This document shows positions 48,435 to 59,212 of a stretch of 64,000 bases of DNA, one piece after another (the first letter of the stretch is position 1; each line of letters starts with the position of its first letter). Made by a program: the position numbers and the translations under genes. Below the pieces are notes generated by a model. That model worked only from the letters and a program-made list of their open reading frames with translations. It made no database searches and was not told the origin of the DNA. Source of the DNA: Promethearchaeota archaeon (GTDB lineage: Archaea; Asgardarchaeota; Lokiarchaeia; Sigyniarchaeales; SOKP01); NCBI GenBank assembly GCA_048940765.1, contig JBHLOG010000001.1, positions 6,806 to 70,805 on the forward strand, written 5' to 3'.

Positions 48435-49826
48435 TTACACCTTTACTTGAAAATATTTATCAATAAATTTTTGATGAATCCTAATTAATTGAGTTTGATT
48501 CAAATTAGATAAGACATCCCAGGCAATATTTAATGTATCTTGAAAACTTCTGTTTTCATCTTCTTTTTGATTTAAGAATTTTTGTTCAAAATCATTCCCA
48601 AATTTTAAAATGTTTTTTTGTTCGAAATTCAGACCATCTTCCCCTACAATTGAAATAAGATCTTTAACCTCCATATATTCTGAATAGGAAGCTAATAACT
48701 GCGAACTGACATCCGCATGGTCCTCTCTTGTTTTACCTTTTCCAATCGCATCCTTCATTAATCGAGATATTGAAGCTAAAACTTCAAACGGAGGATAAAT
48801 GCCTTTTTTATGCAACATTCGACTTAGAACTAATTGTCCTTCAGTAATATAACCTGTAGTATCAGGCACTGGATCAGTAATATCATCATTCTTCATTGTA
48901 AGAATTGGAATTTGAGTTATCGAACCTTTTTTTCCTTTGATTTTTCCTGTTCTTTCATAAATAGAGGCAAAATCGGAATAAATGTATCCAGGATAACCTT
49001 TTCTGCTTGGGATTTCTTCCTTCGCAGAACTAAGTTCTCTTAATGCTTCTGCATAATTAGTAATATCAATTAAGATGATAAGAACATGCATATCTTTTTC
49101 AAAAGCAAAATATTCTGCTGTTGTTAAAGCTACTCTGGGAATAATTAATCTTTCAATTATAGGGTCATCTGCAAAATTAATGAAAGAAATAATATTTTGA
49201 AGTGTTCCACTTTCTTGAAAACGGTTCATAAAATAAATTGCCTCATCTTGAATAATTCCAATACCACAAAAAATAATTACAAATGGTTCTTCTGAAGTAA
49301 CTCTTGATTGTGTTGTTATTTGAGCGGCTAACTTATTATGTGGCATTCCTTGTGCACTGAAAATGGGTAATTTTTGACCTCTAATCAAAGTAAACAATCC
49401 ATCAATTACAGATACACCTGTTTGTATAACATCAACCGGATATTCTCTTGCGAAAGGGTTGATAGGGCTTCCATTTATATCTTTCTGAACATCAATTAAA
49501 ATATCTGAATCTAAAATTGCTTTTGTTTTAATATCAATTGGAGCACCTAGTGAATTGAATGTCTGACCAAACATATCTTTTGAAATCTTTACCTTAAAAG
49601 TATCTTCAGTAAATGTTATTTCTGCATTTTCAGAGGATATACCAGTTGTATCTTCAAATACTTCAACAACAATTATATCCTCACTTAGTTTCACCACTTG
49701 CCCAGTACGCATCTTATTATCATCTGTTTTAACTTTCACAATCTCGCCATACTGGGCATCATGATCGTTTTTAAGAAATAAAAGTGGTCCAATGATTTGT
49801 TGAATTTTTTTATATATCACACTCAT
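48435..49826 (-). CDS. atpB: A/V-type ATPase subunit B
   Basis: 463 aa. The degenerate P-loop region and [18 protein letters not shown] motifs are typical of B subunits. ATGA overlap with atpA. Confidence 0.9.
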   Translation of the reverse strand: MSVIYKKIQQIIGPLLFLKNDHDAQYGEIVKVKTDDNKMRTGQVVKLSEDIIVVEVFEDTTGISSENAEITFTEDTFKVKISKDMFGQTFNSLGAPIDIKTKAILDSDILIDVQKDINGSPINPFAREYPVDVIQTGVSVIDGLFTLIRGQKLPIFSAQGMPHNKLAAQITTQSRVTSEEPFVIIFCGIGIIQDEAIYFMNRFQESGTLQNIISFINFADDPIIERLIIPRVALTTAEYFAFEKDMHVLIILIDITNYAEALRELSSAKEEIPSRKGYPGYIYSDFASIYERTGKIKGKKGSITQIPILTMKNDDITDPVPDTTGYITEGQLVLSRMLHKKGIYPPFEVLASISRLMKDAIGKGKTREDHADVSSQLLASYSEYMEVKDLISIVGEDGLNFEQKNILKFGNDFEQKFLNQKEDENRSFQDTLNIAWDVLSNLNQTQLIRIHQKFIDKYFQVKV

Positions 49827-51667
49827 GATTTTTTAAATATTTCATGTGTTAATTTTAAGGATGCAATTTCTTTAAGAAATTTTTTTTTTAACTCTTCTAT
49901 TTTAACAAAATCTTTATTTGGAATAGTTTGTTTAATTCTTAAAATATTATTTATAGCTTTAAGGCTCTTAATATCTTCAATTAGAAATCCTTGTTTCAAT
50001 AATTCATTACCTTCTTTATACACTAGAAGAATTATCTTAATCATTCCTAAAAGCTTTTTAAAATCTGTATAATTATCTATATCATCAAATGCATTTTGGA
50101 TTAAAAATCCGTCTTTAATTAATCTTGCAATAAATATTGTTAATTGCTGGTCTTCTGGGAGATTTTCCTCACCAATAAGTTGTGTAATGTATTTTAATTC
50201 GTTTTCTTGGGAGAGAATTTCATTAACTTGCATTCGACAATCGAACCAATCAATATCCATTTCTGACCAATGAATATCTCTTTCTAACCACCACTCTGAT
50301 ATATAATCGGGGTAATTAGAATATGAATTCAACCAATTAATAGCTGGATAATGTTTTGAATATGCTAATCCTGCATCTAAAGCCCAAATCCCTTGAACAA
50401 AATTTTTTGTTGTCGCTGTTACCGGCTCGCTAAAGTCGCCAGCAGGAGGAGAAATTGAGCCAATTATTGTTAAAGATCCAATTCTATCTTTTCCAGATTC
50501 ATCTTTACCAATTAATTTAACGTTACCTGCTCTTTCGTAAAAACCAGATAGTTTAGACGGTAAATATGCGGGATATCCCTCTTCAGCTGGCATTTCTTCC
50601 AATAGTCCAGAGATTTCCCTTAAAGATTCAGCCCATCTTGAGGTACTATCCGCTAAAACCGCAACATCATAACCCATATCCCTGTAATATTCAGCGATAG
50701 TAACTCCTGAAAATATACTAGCTTCTCTTGCTGAAACTGGCATATTAGAAGTATTTGCAATTAAAATTATTCGGTCTAATAAAGATTGACCAGTTCTAGG
50801 ATCATTTAACTCTGAAAATTGCTTCAAAACATCAGCAATCTCATTTCCTCGTTCTCCGCACCCCACAAATACAATTATATCCGCATCACACCACTTCGCC
50901 AGAGATTGCTGGATTACTGTCTTACCGGTTCCAAATCCTCCTGGAACTCCAATTGTACCTCCTTTTGTGATTGGAAAAAGTAAATCTATTACTCTTATTC
51001 CTGTTATTAATGGTTCATTGGAAATATTTCTCTCTTTAAATGGTCGAGCTTTAGTTACTGGCCATTTTTGTAACATCGAAAATGAATGTTCCCGATTATT
51101 TATATTCAATTTATAAATTGTATCATTAACAATATAATCCCCCTCATCTACTATATAAGTTAATTTCCCTGCAATGTTTGGGGGAACCATTATTTTATGT
51201 TCTATTGATGGAGTCTCTTGAACAGTTCCAATTATATCTCCTCCAGTCACTATATCATCCTTCTTTTTCTTAGGAATAAAATGCCATTTCTTCGTTCTTG
51301 ATATAGAATCGATTTCTAATCCTCTTTCTAAGGCTCCATTCTTAAAAAGGTCAAATGCTCTTTGAAGGGGTCGTTGGATTCCATCAAAAATATTTCCTAA
51401 TAGTCCTGGGGCTAATTCCATTGAAAGAGGTTCATTTAAGCTGATAACTGTTTCTTTAATCCGTAAATTATTAGTATTTTCAAAGCATTGCGCAACTATA
51501 AAATCTTCATAGATCTGAATTACCTCTCCTAAAATCTTATGTTTAGTAATTTGAATTAAATCATGGAGTTTAATAGTATCTTCAAGCCCTTTAATGTTAA
51601 TTAAAGAACCATTTATACTCGAAATATAACCAAATTGGGAAGTGGTTTCAGAACTGAATTTGCTCAT
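49823..51667 (-). CDS. atpA: A/V-type ATPase catalytic subunit A
   Basis: GGFGTGKT Walker A, GCGERGNE, non-homologous insert region, 614 aa. Confidence 0.92.
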   Translation of the reverse strand: MSKFSSETTSQFGYISSINGSLINIKGLEDTIKLHDLIQITKHKILGEVIQIYEDFIVAQCFENTNNLRIKETVISLNEPLSMELAPGLLGNIFDGIQRPLQRAFDLFKNGALERGLEIDSISRTKKWHFIPKKKKDDIVTGGDIIGTVQETPSIEHKIMVPPNIAGKLTYIVDEGDYIVNDTIYKLNINNREHSFSMLQKWPVTKARPFKERNISNEPLITGIRVIDLLFPITKGGTIGVPGGFGTGKTVIQQSLAKWCDADIIVFVGCGERGNEIADVLKQFSELNDPRTGQSLLDRIILIANTSNMPVSAREASIFSGVTIAEYYRDMGYDVAVLADSTSRWAESLREISGLLEEMPAEEGYPAYLPSKLSGFYERAGNVKLIGKDESGKDRIGSLTIIGSISPPAGDFSEPVTATTKNFVQGIWALDAGLAYSKHYPAINWLNSYSNYPDYISEWWLERDIHWSEMDIDWFDCRMQVNEILSQENELKYITQLIGEENLPEDQQLTIFIARLIKDGFLIQNAFDDIDNYTDFKKLLGMIKIILLVYKEGNELLKQGFLIEDIKSLKAINNILRIKQTIPNKDFVKIEELKKKFLKEIASLKLTHEIFKKS

Positions 51668-52292
51668 ATAATCTTAAATACTCAGGTATTTTTTCTTTTT
51701 GATTTTGTATAAAATTTTCAAATTCCTTTTCTATTTTTTTAATTTCCGAATCATTTATAATTTTGGATATCTCCATTTGAACAAATGAAGAATTCTTATC
51801 TATTAAATTATCTATTGTATAATCATAAAAAATATTCCCCCCTACTAGTGATATCTTAAAACCACCAATGAATTCATGTTTATCTTGATTTATTTCAATG
51901 GTATTCTTAAAAATCCCTGATATATTATCGAAATTTTTAATAAAATATTTATAATCAATAGAATTAAATATTAATTCTATTCCTTGAGGTTTATCGATAT
52001 CGTTTTTAATTTTCTTTATCGATTCTAACAAGAAATTAATATATATATTATAGTTATTTTCAATTTTATCTTTGATAATATGAAGTAGCTTTATTCTGAG
52101 TTCTTTTATTAATCTATCTTTTGTTTTTAAAAATTTTTCTTTTCCCTTTAAAATTGTTGATGTTAATGATTGATTTAAATATAACATAAAACTTTCAATA
52201 AGATGGTTTTTTAATTTCATAGATCTTTCGCGACTTCTTTCTAAAAATCTGTTTTTAATTTCAGCTTTTTGAAATAAGGTTTTTTGATTCAA
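51648..52292 (-). CDS. atpE: A/V-type ATPase subunit E (peripheral stalk)
   Basis: Long N-terminal helix and a C-terminal globular GGFKISLVGGNIFYDYTIDNL motif. TTG start, or an upstream non-canonical start. Confidence 0.65.
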   Translation of the reverse strand: MNQKTLFQKAEIKNRFLERSRERSMKLKNHLIESFMLYLNQSLTSTILKGKEKFLKTKDRLIKELRIKLLHIIKDKIENNYNIYINFLLESIKKIKNDIDKPQGIELIFNSIDYKYFIKNFDNISGIFKNTIEINQDKHEFIGGFKISLVGGNIFYDYTIDNLIDKNSSFVQMEISKIINDSEIKKIEKEFENFIQNQKEKIPEYLRLYEQIQF

Positions 52293-52387
52293 ATCTTTGA
52301 TTTCTTTTTCAGCTTTTTCTATTAAATAAAAACCTAAATTGCCGATCTGTTTTTTTATTTCTTTATCTTCTGAAATTTCGACTCACC

Positions 52388-52717
52388 TTACTTTATTAAA
52401 ATTATACTACCTATTGCATCAATTATTTTATTTAATATGATATCATAATCTTCAATCTTTGGTTGAAAAATGTCTGGGAGAATAAAAATAAAGGGAATTC
52501 TAGTATTTTCTTTAAAATCCAATAAAAAATCTATAGTTCCACTTGATAAAGGTAATGCAACAATTATCATACCTATTGAGGGATTATTTGTTAGTTCTGT
52601 AAACTTTTTTAGGAATTCTTCTTCGTTCTCCACAATGGTCGCCTCTAATCCTAAAAGTCCTAGCATAGAAACTAGCTCCTTCTCACCTAAAATATGAATT
52701 TTTTGAGTTGCCATCAA
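52388..52717 (-). CDS. atpF: A/V-type ATPase subunit F
   Basis: 109 aa. KIHILGEKELVSMLGLLGLE is typical of subunit F. Confidence 0.75.
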   Translation of the reverse strand: MMATQKIHILGEKELVSMLGLLGLEATIVENEEEFLKKFTELTNNPSIGMIIVALPLSSGTIDFLLDFKENTRIPFIFILPDIFQPKIEDYDIILNKIIDAIGSIILIK

Positions 52718-53025
52718 AAGTCAATCCCTAATTTTTTGATAATTATTTTTTGTAATTTTGGTAGATTTTTTCTAAATCCCACTTCAATATTTTTAAGAGC
52801 TTCATCTAAGCTTTTTTCAAAAGTATTAGTCTGCGTGTCAATAGCTACTGCTAAATTACCCAAAGCAGTATTCACGAGAACATTTATTGTAGTAACAAAA
52901 TTTTCAAATTTATTATCTTGTTCTTGTCTAAAATCTTCAATTTCCTTTAAATTGACATTTTTAGAACTATCTATTAAATCTTCATAAACTTTTTGAATTT
53001 CTTCTATCCATTCGAATGTATCCAT
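52714..53025 (-). CDS. small helical protein in the ATPase operon (possible subunit H/G-type stalk component)
   Basis: 103 aa, helical. 4-nt overlap with atpF. Assignment is by position only. Confidence 0.35.
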   Translation of the reverse strand: MDTFEWIEEIQKVYEDLIDSSKNVNLKEIEDFRQEQDNKFENFVTTINVLVNTALGNLAVAIDTQTNTFEKSLDEALKNIEVGFRKNLPKLQKIIIKKLGIDF

Positions 53026-53072
53026 TATCTAACCGAATTATTATTAATTTTCATTTAATCTTTATAATTTTT

Positions 53073-54056
53073 TTATTTTAATCTTTTATATTTTTCATGA
53101 AGAATCTCAACTACTTTTGGCAAAATATATAAATGTATTTCTTTATCTTTCTTAATTAACACTTCAAGAATCTTAAAAATTGCCTGATAATCAATATTTT
53201 CAATGTGGATTACTAATCTGTTGAAAAAATGTTTTAAATATAACTTTTCAATTGACCATAATAAATGATCTTTATCAAGGCTAAACTTTAATAAAAGCGG
53301 TCTAGTTTCTTTTGTTTGGGTAAAATGTTGATTGATATTTAATATAAAATCATTAACATCTGTGAGATCCAATAAATTCAAAATATCATATTTAGTAAAA
53401 AATAGATAAGTGTTGACTAAAAATTGTGATAATAATTTTTTCTCAATATTATTTTTAATTCCTCTATGTATCAAATTTAAATTATAAATCTCTGAGATAT
53501 ACTTCAAATATAATGAAATTATATTTCTTTCTGTTGTAGATAATTTACTTATTTCCTTATTCAAATTTTCATAATAAAATTGATCTAGAAAAGCCTCTAA
53601 TACAAATATTTCATTTGTATTTTTAAAGTAAAGGATTCCTTCTCTTATTGCTCTGTTATATTTTGTTGTTTTCATACGAAGTTGTATTTGATCTAAAGAG
53701 GGAGCTTCAATCAATTCATCTATAAATTCAATATTATCCAAATATTTTTCTACTAATTTATTAACTAATATTGATTTATCTGGAATGCTCATACTTAGTA
53801 TAGTACCAAGAATAATGCGTTTAATATTCGTTATTTCATATTTAATTAAATAATTCTTTAAAAAAATACGCATATTCCTGGGAGAAATATAAAGAATCTT
53901 TCCAATCAATTTAATATAAGTATGAAACAATTGTTTTTCAATTTCTTCTATTGTATAAGAACTAACACTAAATCCTGGATAATATTTGCTTATAATTTCA
54001 GTCAGTTGTTTAATTTCGTTTATTTCCTCTAACTTTTTCAGAGTAACTTCATCCAT
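53073..54056 (-). CDS. atpC: A/V-type ATPase subunit C (d-subunit homolog); N-terminus probably extends upstream
   Basis: All-helical 327 aa in operon position. Upstream in-frame codons encode the NYAYTLIR motif (Y-x-Y-x-x-x-R) typical of the subunit C N-terminus. Confidence 0.65.
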   Translation of the reverse strand: MDEVTLKKLEEINEIKQLTEIISKYYPGFSVSSYTIEEIEKQLFHTYIKLIGKILYISPRNMRIFLKNYLIKYEITNIKRIILGTILSMSIPDKSILVNKLVEKYLDNIEFIDELIEAPSLDQIQLRMKTTKYNRAIREGILYFKNTNEIFVLEAFLDQFYYENLNKEISKLSTTERNIISLYLKYISEIYNLNLIHRGIKNNIEKKLLSQFLVNTYLFFTKYDILNLLDLTDVNDFILNINQHFTQTKETRPLLLKFSLDKDHLLWSIEKLYLKHFFNRLVIHIENIDYQAIFKILEVLIKKDKEIHLYILPKVVEILHEKYKRLK

Positions 54057-54179
54057 TATTAATTGCTTTAAAAAACCAATTCGGATAAGTGTATAGGCAT
54101 AATTATCGACAATTACACTACTCGTTATATATTCACCAATGATTGTGCTTTAACTTGGGATAAATCTTTAAGAAACTGA

Positions 54180-54545
54180 TCAAACAGGAGTGGGTATTTT
54201 CGTCCAAAGTAAGATTGCTATTATTAATCCATAGACTGCTAAGGCTTCACATAATACAACTACGAGAAATGCTTTAAAAAAGGCTTCTTCTCTTTCTGAG
54301 AGTGCGCTTATTGCTGCAGTTCCAACGGTCTTAATTGCTAAAGCACTCCCTAATACAGAAGCACCAACTGAAAGCGCTACTGCAATCGCTAAAGCAGCAG
54401 TAGTAATTGAAGCATAAGCTTCGTTAGTCGTAGGAGCCTGAGCAGCTACAAAAGCTACAATTCCATTCGATGTGAAAATTACTAGAATTATCAAGAAAAC
54501 TTGAAATATTGCAAGCAATAAAAAAAATTTTTGTTTACCATTCAT
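54180..54545 (-). CDS. atpK: A/V-type ATPase proteolipid subunit K (c) with an N-terminal extra hydrophobic segment
   Basis: Gly/Ala-rich helix and the ion-binding Glu in LCEALAVYGL. Confidence 0.8.
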   Translation of the reverse strand: MNGKQKFFLLLAIFQVFLIILVIFTSNGIVAFVAAQAPTTNEAYASITTAALAIAVALSVGASVLGSALAIKTVGTAAISALSEREEAFFKAFLVVVLCEALAVYGLIIAILLWTKIPTPV

Positions 54546-54791
54546 ATATATTACAACCTAGTTTTTAATTTAAAAAATTATGATTTTAAATGAGAAGAAT
54601 AAATTTTTGCGTATAAATCTTCTTATTATAAACTGTAAAGTTATATTTAATCTCTTGGTCAGAAAAATAAGAATAAATGAGAACCACTTAAAATTAAGGA
54701 TATTTTGCACTTGGTATTTTTAGTTATAAGAACTATATTGATAAAATAGAATATTTGAAATTATACGTTTAAACAATGTGATTGTCTCAAT

Positions 54792-55427
54792 TTATTGATA
54801 GAGTAAAACTCTAATCAAATCAGCAACATCGTGTATAGAATCTGCAAGATTTTCAAGTAAAATTATGCTATCTCTTAATCGCAAGAGTAATCTTATTTCT
54901 AATTCCTCATTGGAATATAAATATTCAAGGAATTGACGATAATTAGCATCTACTTCATTCTCTATCTCATGAATTATGGTTGTATTTTTGAATACTACAT
55001 CTGGTTTATCTCTAAGGCTTTTAATTGTTGATTTTAAAACATCGGTCATTTTTATTGTATTATTAATTAATTTTTCATATTGCTTTTTTATCTCTTCACT
55101 TTTTATCCCATCTAAATTGATTTTCGATAACATATCTACAAATTCAAGGGGAAAATTACATAAGTTATCCATTTTTAAAATCAATGCAACAAAATCGCCT
55201 AAACCAGCTCCTGATTCAGAATAATTTTGAATCAATTGAATTTTAATTGCATCTGCATCTTCTTCTGATAATTGCATTTTACTCTTTTTTTTCTCAAGAG
55301 AAGCTTTATGTTTCTCATAGTTTTCCGCCCATCTATTATAAAATACACCCATATTACTCACAATAGAGTATAGTATTCTGGAATGCTCTATTAACATTGA
55401 TATTATTTCGTCCTTCAATTTGTTCAT
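54792..55427 (-). CDS. DUF47 / PhoU-like helical protein
   Basis: 211-aa helical bundle. C-terminal E..D (LENLADSIHDVAD) pattern as in DUF47/PhoU. Confidence 0.5.
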   Translation of the reverse strand: MNKLKDEIISMLIEHSRILYSIVSNMGVFYNRWAENYEKHKASLEKKKSKMQLSEEDADAIKIQLIQNYSESGAGLGDFVALILKMDNLCNFPLEFVDMLSKINLDGIKSEEIKKQYEKLINNTIKMTDVLKSTIKSLRDKPDVVFKNTTIIHEIENEVDANYRQFLEYLYSNEELEIRLLLRLRDSIILLENLADSIHDVADLIRVLLYQ

Positions 55428-55634
55428 AATATTCCATTTAAATATTTAATTAACTCTTATTATTATAAATGATTAACCTAATAAAAATTTGCATTTAGAG
55501 AAATTTTAAAATAGTTTTAATTTAAATTTTATGTACTAATTATATAGAAATTAAAAAATTCTTTTCAGATTAAAGAAAATATAAAATTTTCTACTTTAGG
55601 TAAAGTAACTATAAAATAGTGCAATTAGTAAATA

Positions 55635-56296
55635 ATGCCCATTAAACAGAAAATACAACAATGGAGAGAATATTCAAAAATATCTGACTTAGCAATTATT
55701 GCTAGAAGAAAATTTTTTAATAATGCATTTGACGGAGCTTTAACTTGTGCGGGCATTGTAAGCGGTATTTTCATAATTTTTTTAACTGAACCCCTCACTT
55801 TTGAATCTCAAGACGTTCTTATAACAGGTTTTGCAACCGCTTTAGCAATAGGTATTTCAGGGCTTTGGGGTGCTTTTCTTTCTGAAGAGGCTGAACGAAA
55901 AAAAAAGTAAAGGATATGAAGAAGGATATGGCAGATTTAGATGAAGTAGGTGAAGAGATTGAGCTAATACCTAAAGAAAATAATAAGAATTTAAATAAAA
56001 AAAGAAAAGCTAAAACCTTATTAGAGAAGGCTGAAGGATTCGCCACTATTGTTGCTTCTTTGGTAGATGGAGGTGCTCCAGTACTTGGAAGTTCTCTTCC
56101 ACTAATTCCATTCTTATTTGGAGGAACATTAACTTTATTTCATTTCATCTTCTCTTATATTATACTTGCTGGTTTGCTAATATATTTAGGGATTTTTTTA
56201 GGCTCGATATCTGGTGGAGGGCGCTTAAGATATGCTTCTCACTTAGTTATTGCAGGCATAGTTACCCTTCTTATATCTTTACTGCTCGGTATCTAA
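55635..56296 (+). pseudogene. VIT1/CCC1-family transporter split into two ORFs by a frameshift at an A9 tract (or expressed by -1 slippage)
   Basis: ORFs 55635-55910 and 55916-56296. A-run at 55898-55906. Reading with 10 A gives EEAERKKKVKDMKKDMADLDEV, collinear with the paralog's ERAERKKIKDELRRAMVISEV. Confidence 0.65.
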
Positions 56297-56403
56297 AGCT
56301 CTAAGGTGTTTTAAAAATTTTAATTTTCAAAAATTTGAGTTGAGAGATAAAATATGAATAAATGGTAATTAATTATCTAATCAAAAATAAAATCAATAAA
56401 TAA

Positions 56404-57099
56404 ATGATCGAAAAATTAAAGATATACGCAAAAATTACAAATTTATGGGCTATAGCACGACGTTATTTTGTAAATAATTTTTATGATGGGATGTTAACTG
56501 TTTTGGGTGTCTTATTAGGCTTTTTTGTAATAATTCTTAAGGAAAGCCAGCCATCAATTGATAGTAATTTTGTAATTTTAACTGGTATGGGAAGTTCTAT
56601 TTCTATGTTTTTTTCTGGTATGACAGGATCTTATCTTTCTGAAAGAGCTGAACGAAAAAAAATAAAAGATGAATTAAGAAGGGCAATGGTTATAAGTGAA
56701 GTTGAGGAAGCATTAGAAGATGAGAAATCGAGTGTAATAGAGATCGAAAAAGCAATGCTGACGAAATTAAAACATATAATGAATCCGGATAAAAGAAAAA
56801 ATGAAAAAAAGCCTAAAACAATTCAAGAAAAAGCGCAAAGTTTTGCAAGTTTAGTGGTTTCATTTGTAAATGGAGGATCCCCATTTTTAGGAGGAGTAGT
56901 ACCATTAATTCCATTCTTATTTGTTACACATGCTCATTTTCTAACATTCATTTTATCTTTTCTTATAATTCTTTTTTGTATTATTTTACTTGGTATATTT
57001 TTAGGAATTGTATCTAAGGAGTCTATTTTAAAAAATATACTCCAAATGGCATTTGCGTTTCTATTGACTCTTGTTATCTCTATATTTTTATTAGGGTAA
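56404..57099 (+). CDS. VIT1/CCC1-family (vacuolar iron transporter-like) membrane protein
   Basis: ARRYFVNNFYDGMLTVLG..., SYLSERAERKK, and C-terminal TM helices. Confidence 0.6.
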   Translation: MIEKLKIYAKITNLWAIARRYFVNNFYDGMLTVLGVLLGFFVIILKESQPSIDSNFVILTGMGSSISMFFSGMTGSYLSERAERKKIKDELRRAMVISEVEEALEDEKSSVIEIEKAMLTKLKHIMNPDKRKNEKKPKTIQEKAQSFASLVVSFVNGGSPFLGGVVPLIPFLFVTHAHFLTFILSFLIILFCIILLGIFLGIVSKESILKNILQMAFAFLLTLVISIFLLG

Positions 57100-57173
57100 T
57101 AGATGATAAATTTTAATTTCTGAGTTTCATTTTTGTAATTATCATTTTAATAACCAAGAGAATGTAGATAAAA

Positions 57174-57965
57174 TTGAAGACGTGTGGTGTTGATATCGGT
57201 AGTCTTGAAACAAAAGTTGTTTTACTAGAAGATAAAAATATCATTGATTATCGAGTTGGGCGTTCGACATTTGATTTTAAACGTGTTGGTAATAATTTGT
57301 TCAATGAAATTCTTGAGCAAAACAATTTAAAAAAAAGTGATGTCTATGTCATGTCTACTGGATATGGAAGAAATACTATAGATATCGCAGATGATCGTAT
57401 TACTGAAATTACAGCACATGCACGTGGAGTGCAATATTTTTTTCCAGAGGCCCAATCTGTTATAGATATTGGGGGTCAAGATAGTAAAGCTATTTTAATT
57501 TCTAAAAAAACAGGTAACGTAATTGATTTTCAAATGAACGATAAGTGTGCTGCTGGAACTGGTCGTTTTATTGAGGTCATGGCAGGGGCGCTAGAGGTTC
57601 CCATTCAAGAGATTGGGGAATTAGCTCTTAAATCTAATAATCCTGCATCAATTAGTTCAACTTGTACTGTATTTGCTGAATCTGAAGTGATATCTCTTTT
57701 TGCTAAAGGGTCAAAAAAAGAGGATATTGCTGCGGGAATTCATAAATCAATAGCAAAAAGAGTTGCTGGAATGGCAAAACGGATAGGAGTTGCACCGATA
57801 TTAGTTTTTTGTGGGGGAGTAGCTAAAAATATAGGAGTTAAAAAATTTTTAGAACAAGAATTAGGATTTGAGATTGTTATACCAGTACTTAATGGGAAAA
57901 GTAGTGCTCAATTAACTGGAGCGATAGGCGCAGCGCTTATTGCTCAAGACCAAAAGAATAGTTAG
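57174..57965 (+). CDS. 2-hydroxyacyl-CoA dehydratase activator (BcrAD/BadFG/HgdC-type ATPase)
   Basis: GVDIGS, IDIGGQDSK, NDKCAAGTGRF (cluster-bridging Cys) and CGGVAKN motifs. Confidence 0.9.
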   Translation: MKTCGVDIGSLETKVVLLEDKNIIDYRVGRSTFDFKRVGNNLFNEILEQNNLKKSDVYVMSTGYGRNTIDIADDRITEITAHARGVQYFFPEAQSVIDIGGQDSKAILISKKTGNVIDFQMNDKCAAGTGRFIEVMAGALEVPIQEIGELALKSNNPASISSTCTVFAESEVISLFAKGSKKEDIAAGIHKSIAKRVAGMAKRIGVAPILVFCGGVAKNIGVKKFLEQELGFEIVIPVLNGKSSAQLTGAIGAALIAQDQKNS

Positions 57966-58072
57966 ATATCTTTTAAGAATATTTTAAAACTTTAATTTTA
58001 GGAAATTATAATAAATTTTATGTATAATTAACTCTTTTTTGATTAATAATTCATATTTTTTTCATTATTAAA

Positions 58073-59209
58073 ATGGATAATTTAGAACTTTTATCTGAAT
58101 ACACAACATTTCTACGAGAGAAAAAAGAAGAAGGAAAAAAAGTTATAGCATTTATTTCTCATGATAATATCCCGGAAGAATTACTAGATGCAGCAGGTTT
58201 TATCCCTTTAAGACTGTTATTTGCAGGAAACGATGATTTAATGGATGCTAGCCACGATTACTTACCTCCTTCCACATGTGCTTTTGTGCAATCTTGTATT
58301 GGATTGTTTTCTCTAAAACCTAGTCAATATGAATTTTTAGATTTGATTGATTACTTTATAGTTTCAAATCATTGTGTTTCAGACATTTGTTCCTCTGAAA
58401 TAATTTCTAAATATTTTGGAATACCTCGCTTGAATTTTTACGTCTCCTATACTATGAATAAGAATAGCTTGAAATATTTTAAATTAGAATTGATTGATTT
58501 TAAAAATCAGTTAGAAAAAATTAGTGAAAGTGAAATTAAAGATGAGGATCTTAAACAGAGTATTAAAAAGTATAATTTATTTAAGAAAAAGATTTTAGAA
58601 TTTAGTTTTTTAAATATTAAAGGATCTGAAAAATTAAAAGTCATTCAAAAGGCAATTTTATATGGACCTTTATTTCTCCCCCAATTAGATTCATATATTC
58701 AAAAATATAAGGCTGAGCAAATTCAAGATTCTAATAATTCAAAACATCTTTTAATAACAGGCGGTTCTATTTTTATAAATGATTACTTAATTGATTTAAT
58801 AGAAGAAGGAGGGGGGAATATTATTTTTTTCGATACTTGGGTAGGTGGTAACTATTATTCCCAAATCCTTGAAGATAAAATTTTTGATTCAATAGAAAAT
58901 CCTTATGATTTATTGGTTTATCGTTTTAAAAATAATATTTTTGGAGATCATTCTGTTCCCAATTTTTTAGAAAACAAAATATCCCAAATTGAAAATATTT
59001 ATCAGGATCATTTTAAAAAAACAGGAAGAAAATTAGGAATTATAAATCATATTATAAAATTCTGTGATCACATTTCTCTTATGGCAACACATTTGAAAAA
59101 CCGATTACAGGAAAAAGGAATCCAAGTTTTAAATTTGGAGAGAGATTATTCAAGGGCTATTCGAGGTCAACTTAATACACGTATAGAAGCATTTCTGGAG
59201 ATGATTTAA
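58073..59209 (+). CDS. 2-hydroxyacyl-CoA dehydratase / benzoyl-CoA reductase subunit family (HgdB/BcrC-like)
   Basis: Family-typical length and Cys positions (PSTCAFVQSC, KFCDH). Directly follows the activase. Confidence 0.65.
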   Translation: MDNLELLSEYTTFLREKKEEGKKVIAFISHDNIPEELLDAAGFIPLRLLFAGNDDLMDASHDYLPPSTCAFVQSCIGLFSLKPSQYEFLDLIDYFIVSNHCVSDICSSEIISKYFGIPRLNFYVSYTMNKNSLKYFKLELIDFKNQLEKISESEIKDEDLKQSIKKYNLFKKKILEFSFLNIKGSEKLKVIQKAILYGPLFLPQLDSYIQKYKAEQIQDSNNSKHLLITGGSIFINDYLIDLIEEGGGNIIFFDTWVGGNYYSQILEDKIFDSIENPYDLLVYRFKNNIFGDHSVPNFLENKISQIENIYQDHFKKTGRKLGIINHIIKFCDHISLMATHLKNRLQEKGIQVLNLERDYSRAIRGQLNTRIEAFLEMI

Positions 59210-59212
59210 AAA

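Noticed and set aside
10837-56296. Stop-codon reassignment (TAG/TGA/TAA recoding, Pyl/Sec) as the explanation for the in-frame stops.
   Set aside because: All three stop codons occur as lesions, and all three also terminate well-conserved full-length genes at the expected positions (for example radA, atpB, trpB2). No SECIS-like or pyl context was seen.
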